Source: Paraspadella gotoi (Eukaryota; Animalia; Chaetognatha). Taken from it: 64,000 bases of DNA. A program made the translations under genes and the position numbers. Of this stretch, positions 28,472 through 45,608 are shown piece by piece. Under the pieces are notes generated by a model. The model saw only the letters and a program-made list of their open reading frames with translations. It was not told the DNA's origin and did not search any database. Positions within the stretch are counted from its first letter, which is position 1. The number at the start of each line of letters is the position of its first letter. The stretch spans positions 23,302,787 to 23,366,786 of the forward strand of contig CM119264.1 in assembly GCA_051294375.1 (NCBI GenBank), in the 5' to 3' direction.

Positions 28472-30047
28472 CCTACCTGCCCTGGATAAAAGTTAGCCTT
28501 TTCTCGCGCACCCAAACAGACATTCTCCCTTTCATTCGGCCCCTTACCCTTTCTCGCCATTTTGTTGCGAATGCCGAGATGACCCCGCCGGCAGCATAAC
28601 AATTTCAGAATCGGTTGCTTCTCGCTCTCCCTTCTCGCTCTCGCTCTCTCTCTCTCTCTCTCTCTATCCAACCCTGCGGCGCTGCAGAGCGACATCTGGA
28701 CAGCAGCTGCCAAAGATAAAATTACAAACAAAATGGCGACGAGTGGCGTTTGCCTTTTATTTCCTTTCTTTTCTTTCTTTTTCTTTTATTTCTTTTTATT
28801 TTTTGTATACATTTTTTGCAGCCTTTCTGTTTTGGGCATTGGAAAAAAAAGTGAGGGGTGGCAAGGATTTGGAGTATTATAGATTTTTGACCAGAGTTGT
28901 CGGGAGAGATTGCGAGGGATAGCCAGACGTTGTGGATAGGAAAAAAATTCTATATACTAATATAGAAATAAGCTTTATTTTCGTGAGTTTATGACCGAAA
29001 CAAGCAAATGAGGCAAATCGCGCGAAACAGCCGAAAAAAATTATTTTTATGCCCTGGGGCCTTTTTTCGAAAAAACTAAAGCATATATTAAGCAAGCTTA
29101 GAAAGTTACATGTATGTTAAATGATAAACATAATTGTGCCAACAAAGCGATCAATCGTCACTCACTTCTCCTGATTCACCCATCTTCACAACATTCACCC
29201 CCAGTTCCCCCCCCCCACATTTCTCGGCGACGAGCCGAACAAAAAAGAGAGGACGGTCCATTCTAGTTTCTCCGGGCATCGAGCAAGCGGGGCATTCGGA
29301 CTCGGTTAGCGCGGGCGTCGGGGCGGGCGCCTAGCGGGCATCGGGCGCAGCGTGGGCCGGGGGCGTTCGGGTGCCAGGCGGGGCGCGTTCGGGCGCCGAA
29401 GCAGGCGATTTCTGAAGCGTTTTTTTTGGCCAAAAAGGCCTCAAAGCAGCGCATTAGATTGATCGCCGATCAGTAGGAGAGAAGAGAGCAGAGAGAGGGA
29501 GAGTAGAGAGAGGAGGAGAGAGAAGAGAGAGTTGAGAGAGAGAGAGAGAGAGAGAGAGACGGGAAGAGAGAGAGAGAGAAGGGGCAAGAATCAAGAGAAC
29601 TCAAAGGCCATTGTGCCTTTTGAAAATCGCCATCTTGATATGAGAAGATGAAAAAGGATGACCGACGAAGTGATGGGCCCAAAGGCGAAGTTGGGGCGAA
29701 ATAAAGGACAAGTCATGGCGAAAGAAGAGGTGAAAGGAAGCGTAAGTAATGGCAAAGGTTAGGCTTAGTAGAGGCGAAATGTCTCACGGAATGTTAAACG
29801 CATGCAAGTATGTACATCTTATCATCTATAGTTTAATAAGAAATGGATGCGAAAGAAGGAAGTTAGATGAAGAGTGCAAGAAAGGTACCCAGAAGAATAA
29901 GGGAGGTACAGGCGAAACAATAGTTTAGAACAAATCCTGCGCTTATGCGAACTGAAATGAGATTGCAACGTTTTGCGCGGGACAAAGAGATTAAATAGAT
30001 GAGATGAGAGAGAGAAGCAGAAGAGAGAGAGAGAGAGTGAGAGAGAT

Positions 30048-30096
<49 letters not shown>

Positions 30097-31224
30097 ATGC
30101 AAGAAAAAAGATGCCGTGGAGGTTTCTAGAGGGCAGGAGAAGGGTGTGGTAAAGCGGACGAGAATGTAATTCGGGTAGAGAAGAGAGCGGGGAGGGCGCA
30201 GCGGAAGGGTTAGTGGGGAAAAGAGAAACAGGGAGAGGATGTCGGACTTCGGAAATTGTTAAGGTGTGATGGGGACTGAGTGAGAAAAGTGCGCGTGTCA
30301 AAAAGACGAAAGAAAATTTCCAGGGATAAAAACGCCAAATACTCGAAGAAAAGTAAGTTGTTCGTTAAAAAAAACTTTTGCCCTATATAAATTATAATTA
30401 TAATAAAATTAATCCTACTTGTCTTTCATGCCATTTTTCGACGTCCAACTGTGCTACTTCGCTGACCCACTTCAAACATCTTATTTCTCGTAAATACAGC
30501 GTGAGCTCTTTTTGACGCGTTCGCTCCACTTACGGTTTCTCGTTTGTCATCCGCTCTTTCATTTATGCGTTTAGACGTTCATTAGATGTTTTCATGTAAT
30601 TAACCAACTTGATATTTTTTCGTTTCATTATTTTTTTCTCCTGTCATAATTTTCATCAATGACAATCACCTTTCCTGTCCGACATATTCCGCAAAAGAGG
30701 AAGAAAAAATCTCAAAACTGTGGACAACATGAATTTGCTAATTGACAGAAGATTTTTTTTTAGGTAATGAAAACATCCCTGCACTTTCCTAATAAACGAA
30801 CGTTCCAACTTTTTTGCAAAAATTTCCAATCTTCCGATTTCTCTCTCTCGGCCTTTTTCAGAAAAATAAGGTTATCTAGTACTTAGTTCGCGTCAAATAA
30901 TTAAATAATATAAATTAATTAGGCGAAATCGCTTTAAATTTCGCTCGAATGCGGGAAAAACATTTTAACAATCGAAACATTTTTTTCCGTAGTTTTTAAT
31001 ATTTAAAAATTAAAGTTTTGCATGGATAGCTTCAAATTTTTTTTTTTAGGAAATCTTGTAAAAGAAATTTTTCATATACTTTATAAGTCAAATTTTTGTA
31101 AGCGATCCGTCAGAAATAGGCCGTCGGATATTGCGGATATTCATCCGTTGCACATTGGTTCTAGACGTGCACGATTACAAACCATAGTCACCAACTACAG
31201 CTCCAGCGTTTCATCCGGACTCAC

Positions 31225-31466
31225 CGAGTATCTTGGAGATGTTGGAGTTGTGCATGTCCGGACACCGCCTTGGGATTCTTGCGCCTTCTCGTTCCTTCGC
31301 CCACACCATGAACGCGTCATCGGCCTCTTGATGTGGCGGCTTCTTGTCCGCGCTGGCGTCGGGTCGGCGGCGGCGCCACCGGTACCGCCCCGCCGGCGCC
31401 GCCTCCGCCGGAATGAGTGGGACCGATCCCTTCCGGCGCGGATAATTTTGGCGCCGAACATTTTTC
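31225..31466 (-). CDS. SoxD: SoxD HMG-box exon (first half), copy with intact acceptor but many small indels
   Basis: acag|GAAAAATGTTCGGCGCC acceptor gives [16 protein letters not shown] and [11 protein letters not shown] are readable in shifting frames. Donor G|gtgagt at 31224. The indel pattern resembles raw long-read error. Confidence 0.8.
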
Positions 31467-32567
31467 CTGTTTTTTTTTGGGGGGGGAAGTGGGGTTGTTT
31501 TGGGCGGGTGGGGTGTTGAGGAGGTTAGGGAGAGGAAGGGTGGTAGGGAAAGAAGATCGGTCTAGTTTTAAAACTGTAGGATGTAAAAACTAAATATTGT
31601 TTGATTAAAAACTACCCTCGGCAAACAGTCGTATCTATACACATGATTTAGACTAAAAAAAAGTGTGGAAGTTTTAGTAAGAATTTTTAGTAATAAAATA
31701 ATAAAGTGGTTCACATTCTTTCTTACTAAAAATTCAAACCTTTTACTAAAGCATTTTGTCATTGCAATTGTTATTTTACATAGTAGATATTTCTATTAAA
31801 AGAAATACTTTAAACGTTACTCTTAGACAAACTCTTAATTCCTGCATATTAAGGCGTAGTAAAATTTCTAAATTTAACTTTAAATTAAAATTCTAAAAGT
31901 GAGGATACGAAACAACATTATATTAATGAACATTTATGTAATCAAAAAATTTATAATAAATTTTACAATTTACGCAGTAGGCCATATTTATACTAGTACT
32001 AAACCAATGAATGTTAAAATTTCAAAACAGTTTTTTTAAAGATTTTTTTGCAGATTTGGATTCGTCATAAAAAGTTGATAAAAAGAAAATAACTCTTTTT
32101 TGAAAAATTCCTTCATTAAGTGGGTCAAAAATTAAAAAAAAAGCTATATTTAAGCTGAAAATTAACTTTTTATATATTAAATATAGTTTTTTTAATTTTT
32201 AACCCACTTTAATGAAATATTTTTTTAAAATGATTTATATTTTCTTTTATCAACTTTTGACGAAGATTTTCAAATCTGCAATCAAAATTTAAGAAAAGCC
32301 TACTTTTGAAAATTTTTGATTTTATAAGGATAGTACTATATATAAATATAGCCTACTGCGAAAATTAAAAAACATAAAATTAATTTTTTTTACTTAGAAT
32401 TAATTGACTTTTTTAGAATTTTCGTATGTAACTTTCACTACGCCTTACTGCATATTCTTTCAAATCAGAAAAAAAAACAAGTTTTTGGTTTAACGCAAGA
32501 ACAGAAATAAGCCATTTCGGCCTCGTTTTGACTCTCAATTTTTCTCTCTCTCTCTCTTCCTCTCTCT

Positions 32568-32658
<91 letters not shown>

Positions 32659-33625
32659 CTCTCTCCTCCCTCCCTCCATCTTCCCCTGGCTCTTTATTCA
32701 ATTTTTATTATTTTTTTTATTTCTTCAAATTCTGCAATTTGAGAAACGGTCTTTCATTCTCGTCCTTCTCTTTATGAGGCGTGAAAGGCGTCAATAATGT
32801 CGCCTCAAAACCGCGAATTACGTTTCGTCAATAAAGAAATAAATTTTTATCTTTTCCCTTTTCATTGGTCATTTATTCCGTCTTTCGAAAAGGGGCGGGN
32901 NNNNNNNNNNNNNNNNNNNNNNNNNNNNNNNNNNNNNNNNNNNNNNNNNNNNNNNNNNNNNNNNNNNNNNNNNNNNNNNNNNNNNNNNNNNNNNNNNNNN
33001 NNNNNNNNNNNNNNNNNNNNNNNNNNNNNNNNNNNNNNNNNNNNNNNNNNNNNNNNNNNNNNNNNNNNTCAGAGGTCGAATTTAAAAAAAAAAAAAAAGA
33101 ACATGAAAGAAAAATCTCCTTCTCAATTTCTAAAAATTATCCGTTAATTTGTTATTTGTTTGTTCGTTTCTCCGCGTATATTTACTTTATTTAATAAATT
33201 GTTTGTTTGTTTATCTACCTGGGTCGTTTAAATTAGGACCCAACGAAGTAATCGTGTGGTGACGCACGAACGAAAATGAATCGCAACTTGTCTCAATTAC
33301 TTTTTTTTACCTTACCCGAGTTTTTTTTCCATTTTTACTATTGAGGATTTCTTTCTGTTCTTTCTTCTTCCTTTCACTTCTTACTTTATTCTTCACCTTC
33401 TTCCTTGCTTCCTCTCCTCTAATTTTTTTTTCCTTTCTCCCCCATTTAATTTCCTCCATTCTCTCTCTCCTCCCTCCCTTCTACGCCTTCTTTCCTTTCT
33501 CTCCCTTCCTTCCTCCCTTTCCTCCTTCGTTCCTCCGAATCCCCCATTTTTCTTCCTCCATCAAAAATTGTCATTCGAATCTTTTTCTGACTTTGAATCT
33601 CAAATTTCGGTTCCGTCAAAAATTT

Positions 33626-33657
<32 letters not shown>

Positions 33658-33842
33658 GTCGACGTCGTCGTGATAGGGGGCGCAAAAAGGAAGGTTTTGC
33701 CCCCCTTTCAGTCAAACCCCCTTAGGCAATGTGCCCTCGCCCACCCTGAGACCAAAACCCTTGAATCTCAACCAACGAACATAATATAATATAATCAAAT
33801 TCCTCATTCCTGCATGCCCTGCTTCTAATACAACGCGCTCTC

Positions 33843-33900
<58 letters not shown>

Positions 33901-36319
33901 CTCTCTTCTCTCTCTCTCTCCCCCACTCTCTCTCCCCGCCAACCGCCCTCTTCTCCCGACGCTCAGCGCCTCTCGCGACGAAAATTTCGGTTGAGGGTTT
34001 TTCTGTTGCGTCTTCCACCTGGAATCGTTTCTCGAATTGGCGCCGCCGCCGCGCCGCACGCCGCGTCGCACGCCGCCAGCCGCCCATCGCCTCTCCCGGC
34101 TCCGAAATCCTTTTGAAATCCGAAATGAAATAACCGCATCTTTCAATTTCACTTCTCCTTCAGTCATCGCATCGCGCAAAGAGGAAGAGGACGACGACGA
34201 GTCGACGACGACGACGACGATGAGGAAAAATTAGTTTAATCTCGAATACATACATACATATAGAACTTCTAAAAATGTCTTGCCGAGGACGAAGACGACG
34301 ACAAAACATTTGAAGAAGCCAAAGACAATGAAAGCGAAGATGTCTTTGAAGAAAACGAGACGACGACGATGACGCCAACGACGACAACGACGACAACATC
34401 GACGGCAAAATGATTCTCGGCGGACGAATTCAAACTTTTATCAGAGTTTTATCTCCGATTTAGAAGACGACAACCTTTCCCCTTTTCAACCACATCCATA
34501 ATTTCGAACGCTAACACGGTAACACCATTCTCAACATCTATCACTATAACCTAAGCTTCCGTCACCGGAACCTACGACTCTTGCATCATAGCGTTAATTT
34601 TATATAAAACAGCGTTAATTTTATCATCAGTCTTGGATTCTAGCGTCATTATTAATTTAATTATCATAAGTCTTGGATTCTAGCGTCATAGAAACTTTAA
34701 ATTCTGTCACCGCAACCTCTAATTCTGGCAACATAGTATTAAAAGCCGTCAATACAAATTGTCGGCGCCAAAATCTTCTCAGTCGCCACCCAAAGAATCA
34801 TTTAGGAACCTGGCGACCTTTTCATCTACTTTTATACCTTTTTTCAGTCCATAGACTTTAAATAATCAAGGCAAACGCCTTCACGTTTAACCACTCATCC
34901 ACCCCGATCCCCTTTCCTCCTCCCATTTCGTTTAATCCTTCCTTCCATCTTCTCTTTCGCCCAAATCAAATTTGTTTGTTAGGGCGAGAAATTTCCCTCC
35001 CATTTTCCATTTCATCCGCGAAAACCCTTTCACTACATCTGACCACAATCATTTCCTTCACATCAGCCATCATTCTAATAATATTACAACTTATCTTCAA
35101 CATCTCACCCCATCGACCCCGAGTCACCTTCGCCATTCTCCAACCCCAGACCCAAACACATCACCTTGTCTGTTTTGTTATTGGGTCGTAAAACTAATCA
35201 CCGTCTCTCTCTCTATCTCTTTCAACCGCGCGTCGCGACGAAATTCCGAGTTTTGAAAATTCGCAAATACCGCAACCACGAGTCGCGACGTCTGGGACGA
35301 AGGCTCCCACCGTTTTATATCTTCCCTTTTTATCTCCTCATTTATTTTCGTTTATTAAGTTGTGATCTTTTTCGATCGCGCGTCTACTCCGAGAGAGAAT
35401 GAAGGCGGGTGTCACTGAAATTTTATTTTACTGTATATCATATTGGCCTTTCCCGTTTCTTCAGTCTTATATAATCTTTATACTGATATTTTTCCTTTAC
35501 TTATCTTTTCTATTACTTCCTTTTCTTTTTCTCTTTTACTTTCCTCCCTTGCGTTTTTCTGCGCCATTACGCGTTATACTCTTTACCCTTTCTTCTCTCT
35601 TCTTCTCCGTCTCTTTCTTCCCAGCCTCCTCCCCTCTCCTTCCTCTCATCCTTTCCTCCATTTTCCGGGTCATTTGGCATCAATTTTCTTGCCCCTCGGA
35701 GAACAAAGGTGGCGACGACGACGACGACGATGACAAAATCGACGACGACGACGACGATAACGACGTCGAAAATCGTTTTTCATTCTCTTTTTTTCTTCTC
35801 TCTTTCGGTTCTCCTTTCTCCGCTGTCCGACCGCCGACACATTATGGGCCCATGAGCGCGACGACCCGTGGAGAACCTTTGGTCTCGGCCGGGTAAGTTC
35901 GATCGCGGAGGGAGCGGGATCCCTTCACTTACCCTTTTCTTTTCACGGACGTCGGCTCATTACTGTGAATGTCACCAAAGACACAACTATCACAAGTCTC
36001 ACTAGTGAGTAGTACCAAAACGAAGGCCGGATAGTTGTCGGACGCCGGAAGCCTTGCCCCGCCCACCCTTTTCTTCACCGCGCCCCCTTTCCGCTTCCGT
36101 CGACCGTCTTCCATTATTTCCCCATTCATTGCATAAACATTGTTTTCTGAAAGCGATGACCCGCGAATGACCCAAGAATGAACGAAGGGTGACCCGAGAA
36201 TGACCCGAGTTTGACCCGACTTTGACCTCTGGGAAGATCGTCCAACGTTTTGGTCTTTGAGAAAACATATCGAATTTTTGGCTTCGGGAAAGAGAGAAAA
36301 AAAACAATGGAAAAAAGAA

Positions 36320-36360
36320 AAAGAATGAAAGAATGAAAGAATGAAAGAATGAAAGAATGA

Positions 36361-36415
<55 letters not shown>
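36320..36415 (+). repeat. (GAATGAAA)n then (GAAA)n compound microsatellite
   Basis: Direct reading. Confidence 0.95.
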
Positions 36416-36416
<1 letters not shown>

Positions 36417-36805
36417 CAGACATTTACTAACTGCACTTTTTGGAACTAACTTTCTTTCGTTTTAAGGTTCACTACTCGCTAGAATGTTTAGACTTCACGT
36501 TTAACCCCCGCCCTTTTCTCGAAAGAAAAAAAAATGCTTCGGAAAGCATTAAAATAATAAGGACCTAGAGTTTTCATTATTTTCTTTCTTCTTCCCCAAA
36601 AAAATTGAGTCGGGTCAAAGTTTAAATTCAGGGTCAAAAAACTCCCAGACCAGGTCAAACATGAAGGTTATTCCATTGTCAGAGTCATTCACCGGTTGTC
36701 TCTGAAGGTTATTCACGATCATAAAAGGTCATTCGTGGACCCAAATTCGGATCTCGATGTATTAACTTCTACGTGAGGATTTAATATTTTCCGACGCCTC
36801 CGTTT

Positions 36806-36844
<39 letters not shown>

Positions 36845-36858
36845 CCCCACCTTCTCAC

Positions 36859-37153
36859 CTTGCAAGTTCTGAATGAACGCGTCGTCGGTTCCATCTTGAC
36901 CGTCGCCCTTGAGATCGAGCAGACGCCCGTCGTGACCGCCGCCACCAGGGGACCCGAGACCGTGGGGCACGCCGGCGCCGGGCAGGCCGTGCGGGGCGCC
37001 GGGCGGCAGGCCGGGCATCCCCGGCGGCGGGTGGCCCGCGACGCTGTAGAGCGCGGCGGCGTGAGCGGCGGCGGCGGCGGCCGGAGAGATGCTGCCCGGA
37101 AACGGAGGCGACGATTTTAACCCGTGGGGCGAGGGAAGGGAGTGAGGACCCTC
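36859..37153 (-). CDS. SoxD: SoxD internal exon (EGPHSLPSPHGLK...AAAAAAHAAALYSVAGHPPPG...DDAFIQNLQ)
   Basis: Acceptor cctcccaacag| at 37154 and donor G|gtgaga at 36858. 295 bp, phase 0 to 1. Splices in frame onto GA AAA ATG ([10 protein letters not shown]) of the HMG exon. Confidence 0.88.
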
Positions 37154-37356
37154 CTGTTGGGAGGAGGAAGAAAGGTCGGGAAACGAAAGGATAATAAGAA
37201 TTATGTATGTAAAATAAGTAATTAAGCAATACACAAAAAAATTTATTCATGAAAATAAGACGAGCGACTTGGAAACGAGAAAACATTGATGTTTTGATTG
37301 TGATGTGATTGTTCATCGTTCTTAAACAGGCCCGAAGTCAATCTGCTGTTGAATGG

Positions 37357-37420
37357 CAGTCGGACTTGGCAATCAGACAGTCGGACTTGGCAATCAGACA
37401 GTCGGACTTAGCAATCAGAC
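37357..37420 (+). repeat. 21 bp tandem repeat CAGTCGGACTTGGCAATCAGA x3
   Basis: Three head-to-tail near-identical copies. Confidence 0.9.
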
Positions 37421-37730
37421 TCAGGATAAAGCATAGAAATCAGGATTTAGGCTCCGAGACGGACAATCAGACATCGAGACGGACACGCCCCATTAAGCGT
37501 CACAATGCGATGTGACGCCCTTTGACTTACATAGGAAAGAAAGAGAGNNNNNNNNNNGAGAAAGAGAGAGAGATGATAATCGTGGCGGCAGAGGAGGGAA
37601 AATTGAGAGAATTATGTTTTGTTGGTCAAAGATGAAAAGAAAAAAAAAAGTGTGGAAGGATTTGGGTTGGCATAAGGACTAAGAGGAATAGGAAGAATTG
37701 AGTAGATGAGGAGTTAAGTATTAGGAATGA

Positions 37731-37813
37731 CAAATGCGATCAAATGCGGTCAAATGCGGACAAATGCGGACAAATGCGGTCAAATGCGGTCTAATGCGGT
37801 CAAATGTGGTCAA
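37731..37813 (+). repeat. 10 bp tandem repeat CAAATGCGG(T/A) x8
   Basis: Direct reading. Confidence 0.92.
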
Positions 37814-38142
37814 AGACGAATACTGATCCAAAGATCGAAATGAATATTCGACAAAACAGGAAAGAGAAAAAGAAGAAGAAAATAATTTTTTAAAAAATAT
37901 AGAGAAGAGAAAGACAAGTTCCTAATTCCTTGAGATCGTCGTTGTCGTCGTGACACAACAACAACAACAACTAGCTTCGACCGTAAAACGATTCGCAGAA
38001 TCGCGGCGACGGAATCTTCAAGGACAAAGTCGTCTTGTCTCCCGATGGACAAAGAGAGTTGCAACCATAACAACAACCAGGACGACCACGACGACCAAGA
38101 AACCTTTCAAGGACAAAATAGTATTGTCCCCCTAGAGACAAG

Positions 38143-38199
<57 letters not shown>

Positions 38200-38547
38200 A
38201 CAATAGCCAGCAATTTCAGATAATTGCCTTCGGTCGAGCGACAACTCGCTTTAGATTTTCATCCCCTTTCCTCTTTTTAACTAGAATTTGTACGTTAATT
38301 AATTAATTAATTAATTCCATTTAATTTCCATGAAATGTTTTTAAATCGGACCCTGTTGTCCCGATATTGAATGAGCAGGTTATACTCGCATTCCCTATTT
38401 CGCTTTATGGTAAAAACATAGGACAAACGTTCAAACTTATATAAATAAGATTCTTGTTTCTTTTTAGATTTTTTTTTCTTTTTTATCGAATCGGAATCAA
38501 ATCATTCCGCTGTTTTTGTTTAGGAACTCCAGGATGAAAAATGAGGC

Positions 38548-38583
<36 letters not shown>

Positions 38584-39469
38584 NNNNNNNNNNNNNNNNN
38601 NNNNNNNNNNNNNNNNNNNNNNNNNNNNNNNNNNNNNNNNNNNNNNNNNNNNNNNNNNNNNNNNNNNNNNNNNNNNNNNNNNNNNNNNNNNNNNNNNNNN
38701 NNNNNNNNNNNNNNNNNNNNNNNNNNNNNNNNNNNNNNNNNNNNNNNNNNNNNNNNNNNNNNNNNNNNNNNNNNNNNNNNNNNNNNNNNNNNNNNNNNNN
38801 NNNNNNNNNNNNNNNNNNNNNNNNNNNNNNNNNNNNNNNNNNNNAGAGAGAGAGAGACCAAAAATTTCTCCTTTCTTTAGACAGCCTTTATTTCGCTTTT
38901 CTTTCCCATTCCCTCTTTGAGGGGTAAAGAGGGAGGGAGTGAGAAGAGGCAGAATCGTTGACGTGAGAGAATGAAAAATGAACAAATTAATAAGTATGAA
39001 AGTGAAAAAAAAGAACAATGGACAAAAGAAAGGGAATTAAAGCGAATGCGAAAAACTATAAGAAGCGAAAAGGTTTTGATTTTTTCTACGCTTCTTTTTA
39101 TTCGATTAATTCTTCTGGATTCCTCTGCGACCTTTTTTCTCTCTCTTTTCCTTCCACAATACGTTTCTCTTCTTAACCTTGTTAATACCTACTTTTTTTT
39201 CTTTTTCTTCCCTTTTTCCTTTAACCTTTCCTTGTGTTCGCTTACTTTTCTTCTTCCCCGTTCTCCCCGTCATGCCTTCTCTTTCCTTCCCTCTCTTCTT
39301 CTCTCCCTCTCTCGCCCCCCAGAGGAAGCGAAGTCGCAAATCACATCTTAAAGAAAAACAGTCCGTTTCTACTTCCACAAAGTCTTGCAGGCTGGTGCGA
39401 CCATGGAACTGCCATGGTGTCAGCCCCATGACAGGTCAATGCAGAAGCGTTTTGTCACCATGGGTAGAG

Positions 39470-39586
<117 letters not shown>

Positions 39587-40763
39587 TCGAAAAGTCTCTT
39601 TCATTCTGCGAAGGAGTCTCTTTTATTTTGTTCTAAATTGTTTCGCACGTTTTTCTTTTCTCTTTTCTTTTTCCTTCTTCCCACTCCTTTCTCTTTTCTC
39701 TTTTTTCCTTTTCTTTTCTTCTCATTTCTCTCATTTCTTTTTCTCTCTTCTCTCATCTCTTTCTCTCCAGTCCGTAAAACGAAAGAAACTCTTTTCAAGT
39801 TCAAACGGAAAATTAACTCTTAAGGTTTTTGCGTCGTTTTAACCCCAAACGCTGAGGAGGGGAAAGAAAGCAGAGCGGAAGCGTGGGGCAGCAGCAGGAA
39901 AATTAAGTTAGTTTTGTCGTTTTACTTTCAATCATTATAACAAAAAGATTAAAGCGTCAATTGAATTATCATTCAAACAGTTGGTGAATATCGAAGTATA
40001 TCAACTGTTACATCGACATAAAAGTTTCTTCTTCAGTTCGTTACTAAAAAAAAGAAATAGTAATAAAATAAAAAAAGAAATAAAACAACAACAACAAAAA
40101 AACAGTTAGTTTTTTCTCTTTTATATTCTTTATTTTCTTTCTCTATTTTTTTTTCCCCAACTCGAAATGGAAAAACCAAAAACTATTATCGTTGGTTCGC
40201 CATTTCCTTATGCGAGTGCCGCCGGTACAATTAGCCCCTGAAAATCCGCAGTCGNNNNNNNNNNNNNNNNNNNNNNNNNNNNNNNNNNNNNNNNNNNNNN
40301 NNNNNNNNNNNNNNNNNNNNNNNNNNNNNNNNNNNNNNNNNNNNNNNNNNNNNNNNNNNNNNNNNNNNNNNNNNNNNNNNNNNNNNNNNNNNNNNNNNNN
40401 NNNNNNNNNNNNNNNNNNNNNNNNNNNNNNNNNNNNNNNNNNNNNNNNNNNNNNNNNNNNNNNNNNNNNNNNNNNNNNNNNNNNNNNNNNNNNNNNNNNN
40501 NNNNNNNNNNNNNNNNNNNNNNNNNNNNNNNNNNNNNNNNNNNNNNNNNNNNNNNNNNNNNNNNNNNNNNNNNNNNNNNNNNNNNNNNNNNNNNNNNNNN
40601 NNNNNNNNNNNNNAAGGGGTGAAGGGAAGGGAGAAGGAGAAAAGGGAAATAGGATTGAGAAGGGAAATTAGGAAAAGAAAAAAAGAAAGAGGAGTAAAGA
40701 TTTCTGAAGCCTGAGAAGGAAAGGAAAGGAAGGTAAGGAAAGGTGAGTGAGTGTGAAAGATGC

Positions 40764-40794
<31 letters not shown>

Positions 40795-40978
40795 CAAAAG
40801 CGACGCTAATCACAGTTTTGGTTTACGACTGAATTCGCGACCAGAGGGCGATTTGGCGAACAACAACAATAAAAACAACGACAACGAAATCGCAAGAGGC
40901 CGATAATTCTTTCTTCTAAGAAAACAACGAGACACAAGGCGAATGTAAAAGGCGAAGTGAGAGGAGGTAAGATTAGTG

Positions 40979-41066
<88 letters not shown>
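40979..41066 (+). repeat. (GATA)n microsatellite
   Basis: Perfect tetranucleotide run. Confidence 0.97.
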
Positions 41067-41067
<1 letters not shown>

Positions 41068-41289
41068 GATAAATTAGATAAATCAGATGGATTTGATGGA
41101 TAGATTATTATTACTTATTACTTTTCCAGTTACTTCTAGTTACTCCCTCTGAATCAAGTGTCAATTTTTTTCTCCTCTTAAACCCCTTTCTGTCCCTTTC
41201 CTCTCTTCCTCCTTCTTCCTCCCTTTTCTGTCCCTTTCCTCTCTTTCTTCTTCTTCCTCCCTTTTCTGTCCCTTTCCTCTCTTCCTCCT

Positions 41290-44082
<2,793 letters not shown>

Positions 44083-45131
44083 CAGTGAGTGACCTTGCGA
44101 GAGGATTTAGCAATCATCTCTCGGCCACTGTTCCTTTCTCCTCTATCTTGATTGTCGATAATTTTTTTCCCCTGTATACTGATCTCTCTTTATTTTACTC
44201 ACTATTCCTATTCTTTTACTTTTCTTTTGAGCAAATGTTTTTCTCTTTCCATTTTTCTTTTTACTTTCCTTTCCATCTAAATCTTTCTTATTAGCAGACT
44301 CTCTTCCCTTCACGACAATCTCTTATGTTCCTTTCCTTTTTCTCCGCTCGATTAAGTATCTCACTCATCGCTTTCTCAAGCAAACTTTCCCCTCCCACCC
44401 CCAACAAAGAAATCCAGAGCATCTCGGGAAAAAAAACGAAAAAAAAAAAAGAAAAAAAAAAAACAAAAAAAAAACATATCGACCTTTTAGTCTAACGAAA
44501 AATCTTGGGGAAACTACGACGACGGACGATCGAACGGACGACGACAACGACGACGACAACGCCGGCGGGGCCGAATAAAACTACCTCTGCCATTATGATT
44601 TATTCTGCTTTTCATATACAAGGACTAATGATGTATCCTGGATCACGCCGAACAGAACGATGCAGTCTAGAGACGAAGAAGAGAGAGAGATAATATGGAG
44701 AGGAGGAGGACGACGAGAGATGAGAGAGAGCGGCAGGGCAGAGAGGATAACGTGACAGACGAAGAGATGAGAGAAGATAGACGAGAGGGAGGACCAGAGA
44801 GATCGCGACGCGTCGGAGATCTCGAGAGGATTCCTTGCGAGGGTGCCCTCTTTGAGCATTCCATTGAGGCCAACGCCGTCGCTAAAAAAGCGCGGGAGAG
44901 AATGAGGAATGAATAAGAGAAAACTCGATTAGCGGCCTGTACGAAGTGGTCTGCTGCCTGTCGTGACGGCGCTCAAGCTGATGCGCGCGCAAATTGATGG
45001 CGCCGAAAAACAACGCCGTTTTTTTCGGAAGCGGCATCGGCGTTGACTGATAATTATTTTATGACGCATTTCTTCTCTCCTCTCTCTCTCCTCCCTCTCT
45101 TCTTCGTCGATCATCCTCTCTCTCTCTCTCT

Positions 45132-45171
<40 letters not shown>

Positions 45172-45558
45172 TCACACCCAAGCAACAAAAAAATACTGTG
45201 AAGGAAACAAAAAATTACGGCCCCTCTGTCGTTTCTCGAGAATCGAAATCAAAGAAAGAAAAAAAAGAAGGAAAATAAAATTAAAGAAACAAAATAAGAA
45301 ATAAAAATGAAAAACGTGAAATAAAATCGAAAAACAATTTTTTTTTTGTGTCGAGAGAAAATCCCCTTCAGAAAAGAAATGATGGGAAACAAGGAGAATG
45401 AAAAATAAGAATAAACTGGCGATGGTGGTGGCAGGCGGTGGTGGTCGTGATGGTGGTGGCAGGGGTGGTGGTCCTGATGGTGGTAAAAGTGGTGACGACC
45501 ATCTTGATAATTGTAACGAAGTTGATCATTGTGGTATTATTGTAATTTTGGTGATGTT

Positions 45559-45559
45559 A

Positions 45560-45607
<48 letters not shown>

Positions 45608-45608
45608 T
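45559..45608 (+). repeat. (GAT)n microsatellite
   Basis: Perfect trinucleotide run. Confidence 0.95.

Larger units (their letters stand above)
10070..29957 (+). repeat. Duplicated block: ~10070-13210 matches ~27065-29957
   Basis: Shared gtagcggtgaaatactcaggattccc start and caatcctgcgc..actgaaa end. The second copy fills the N gaps of the first and starts after a 25-N gap. Confidence 0.92.
24670..32439 (+). repeat. Duplicated block containing the HMG exon: 24670-27036 matches 30126-32439
   Basis: Colinear near-identity from ctagagggcagg to gtatgtaactttcact. Copy 1 is bracketed by two 25-N gaps. Confidence 0.95.

Noticed and set aside
29270-29405. GC-rich stretch as the missing second HMG exon
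   Set aside because: Degenerate GGGCATCG/GGGCGT repeats; I could not read ARWK or YYEEQ motifs from it.
37357-37813. Short regular repeats that could suggest a CRISPR array (also 59178-59352)
   Set aside because: Head-to-tail units without unique spacers, no cas genes, and a eukaryotic intron context.
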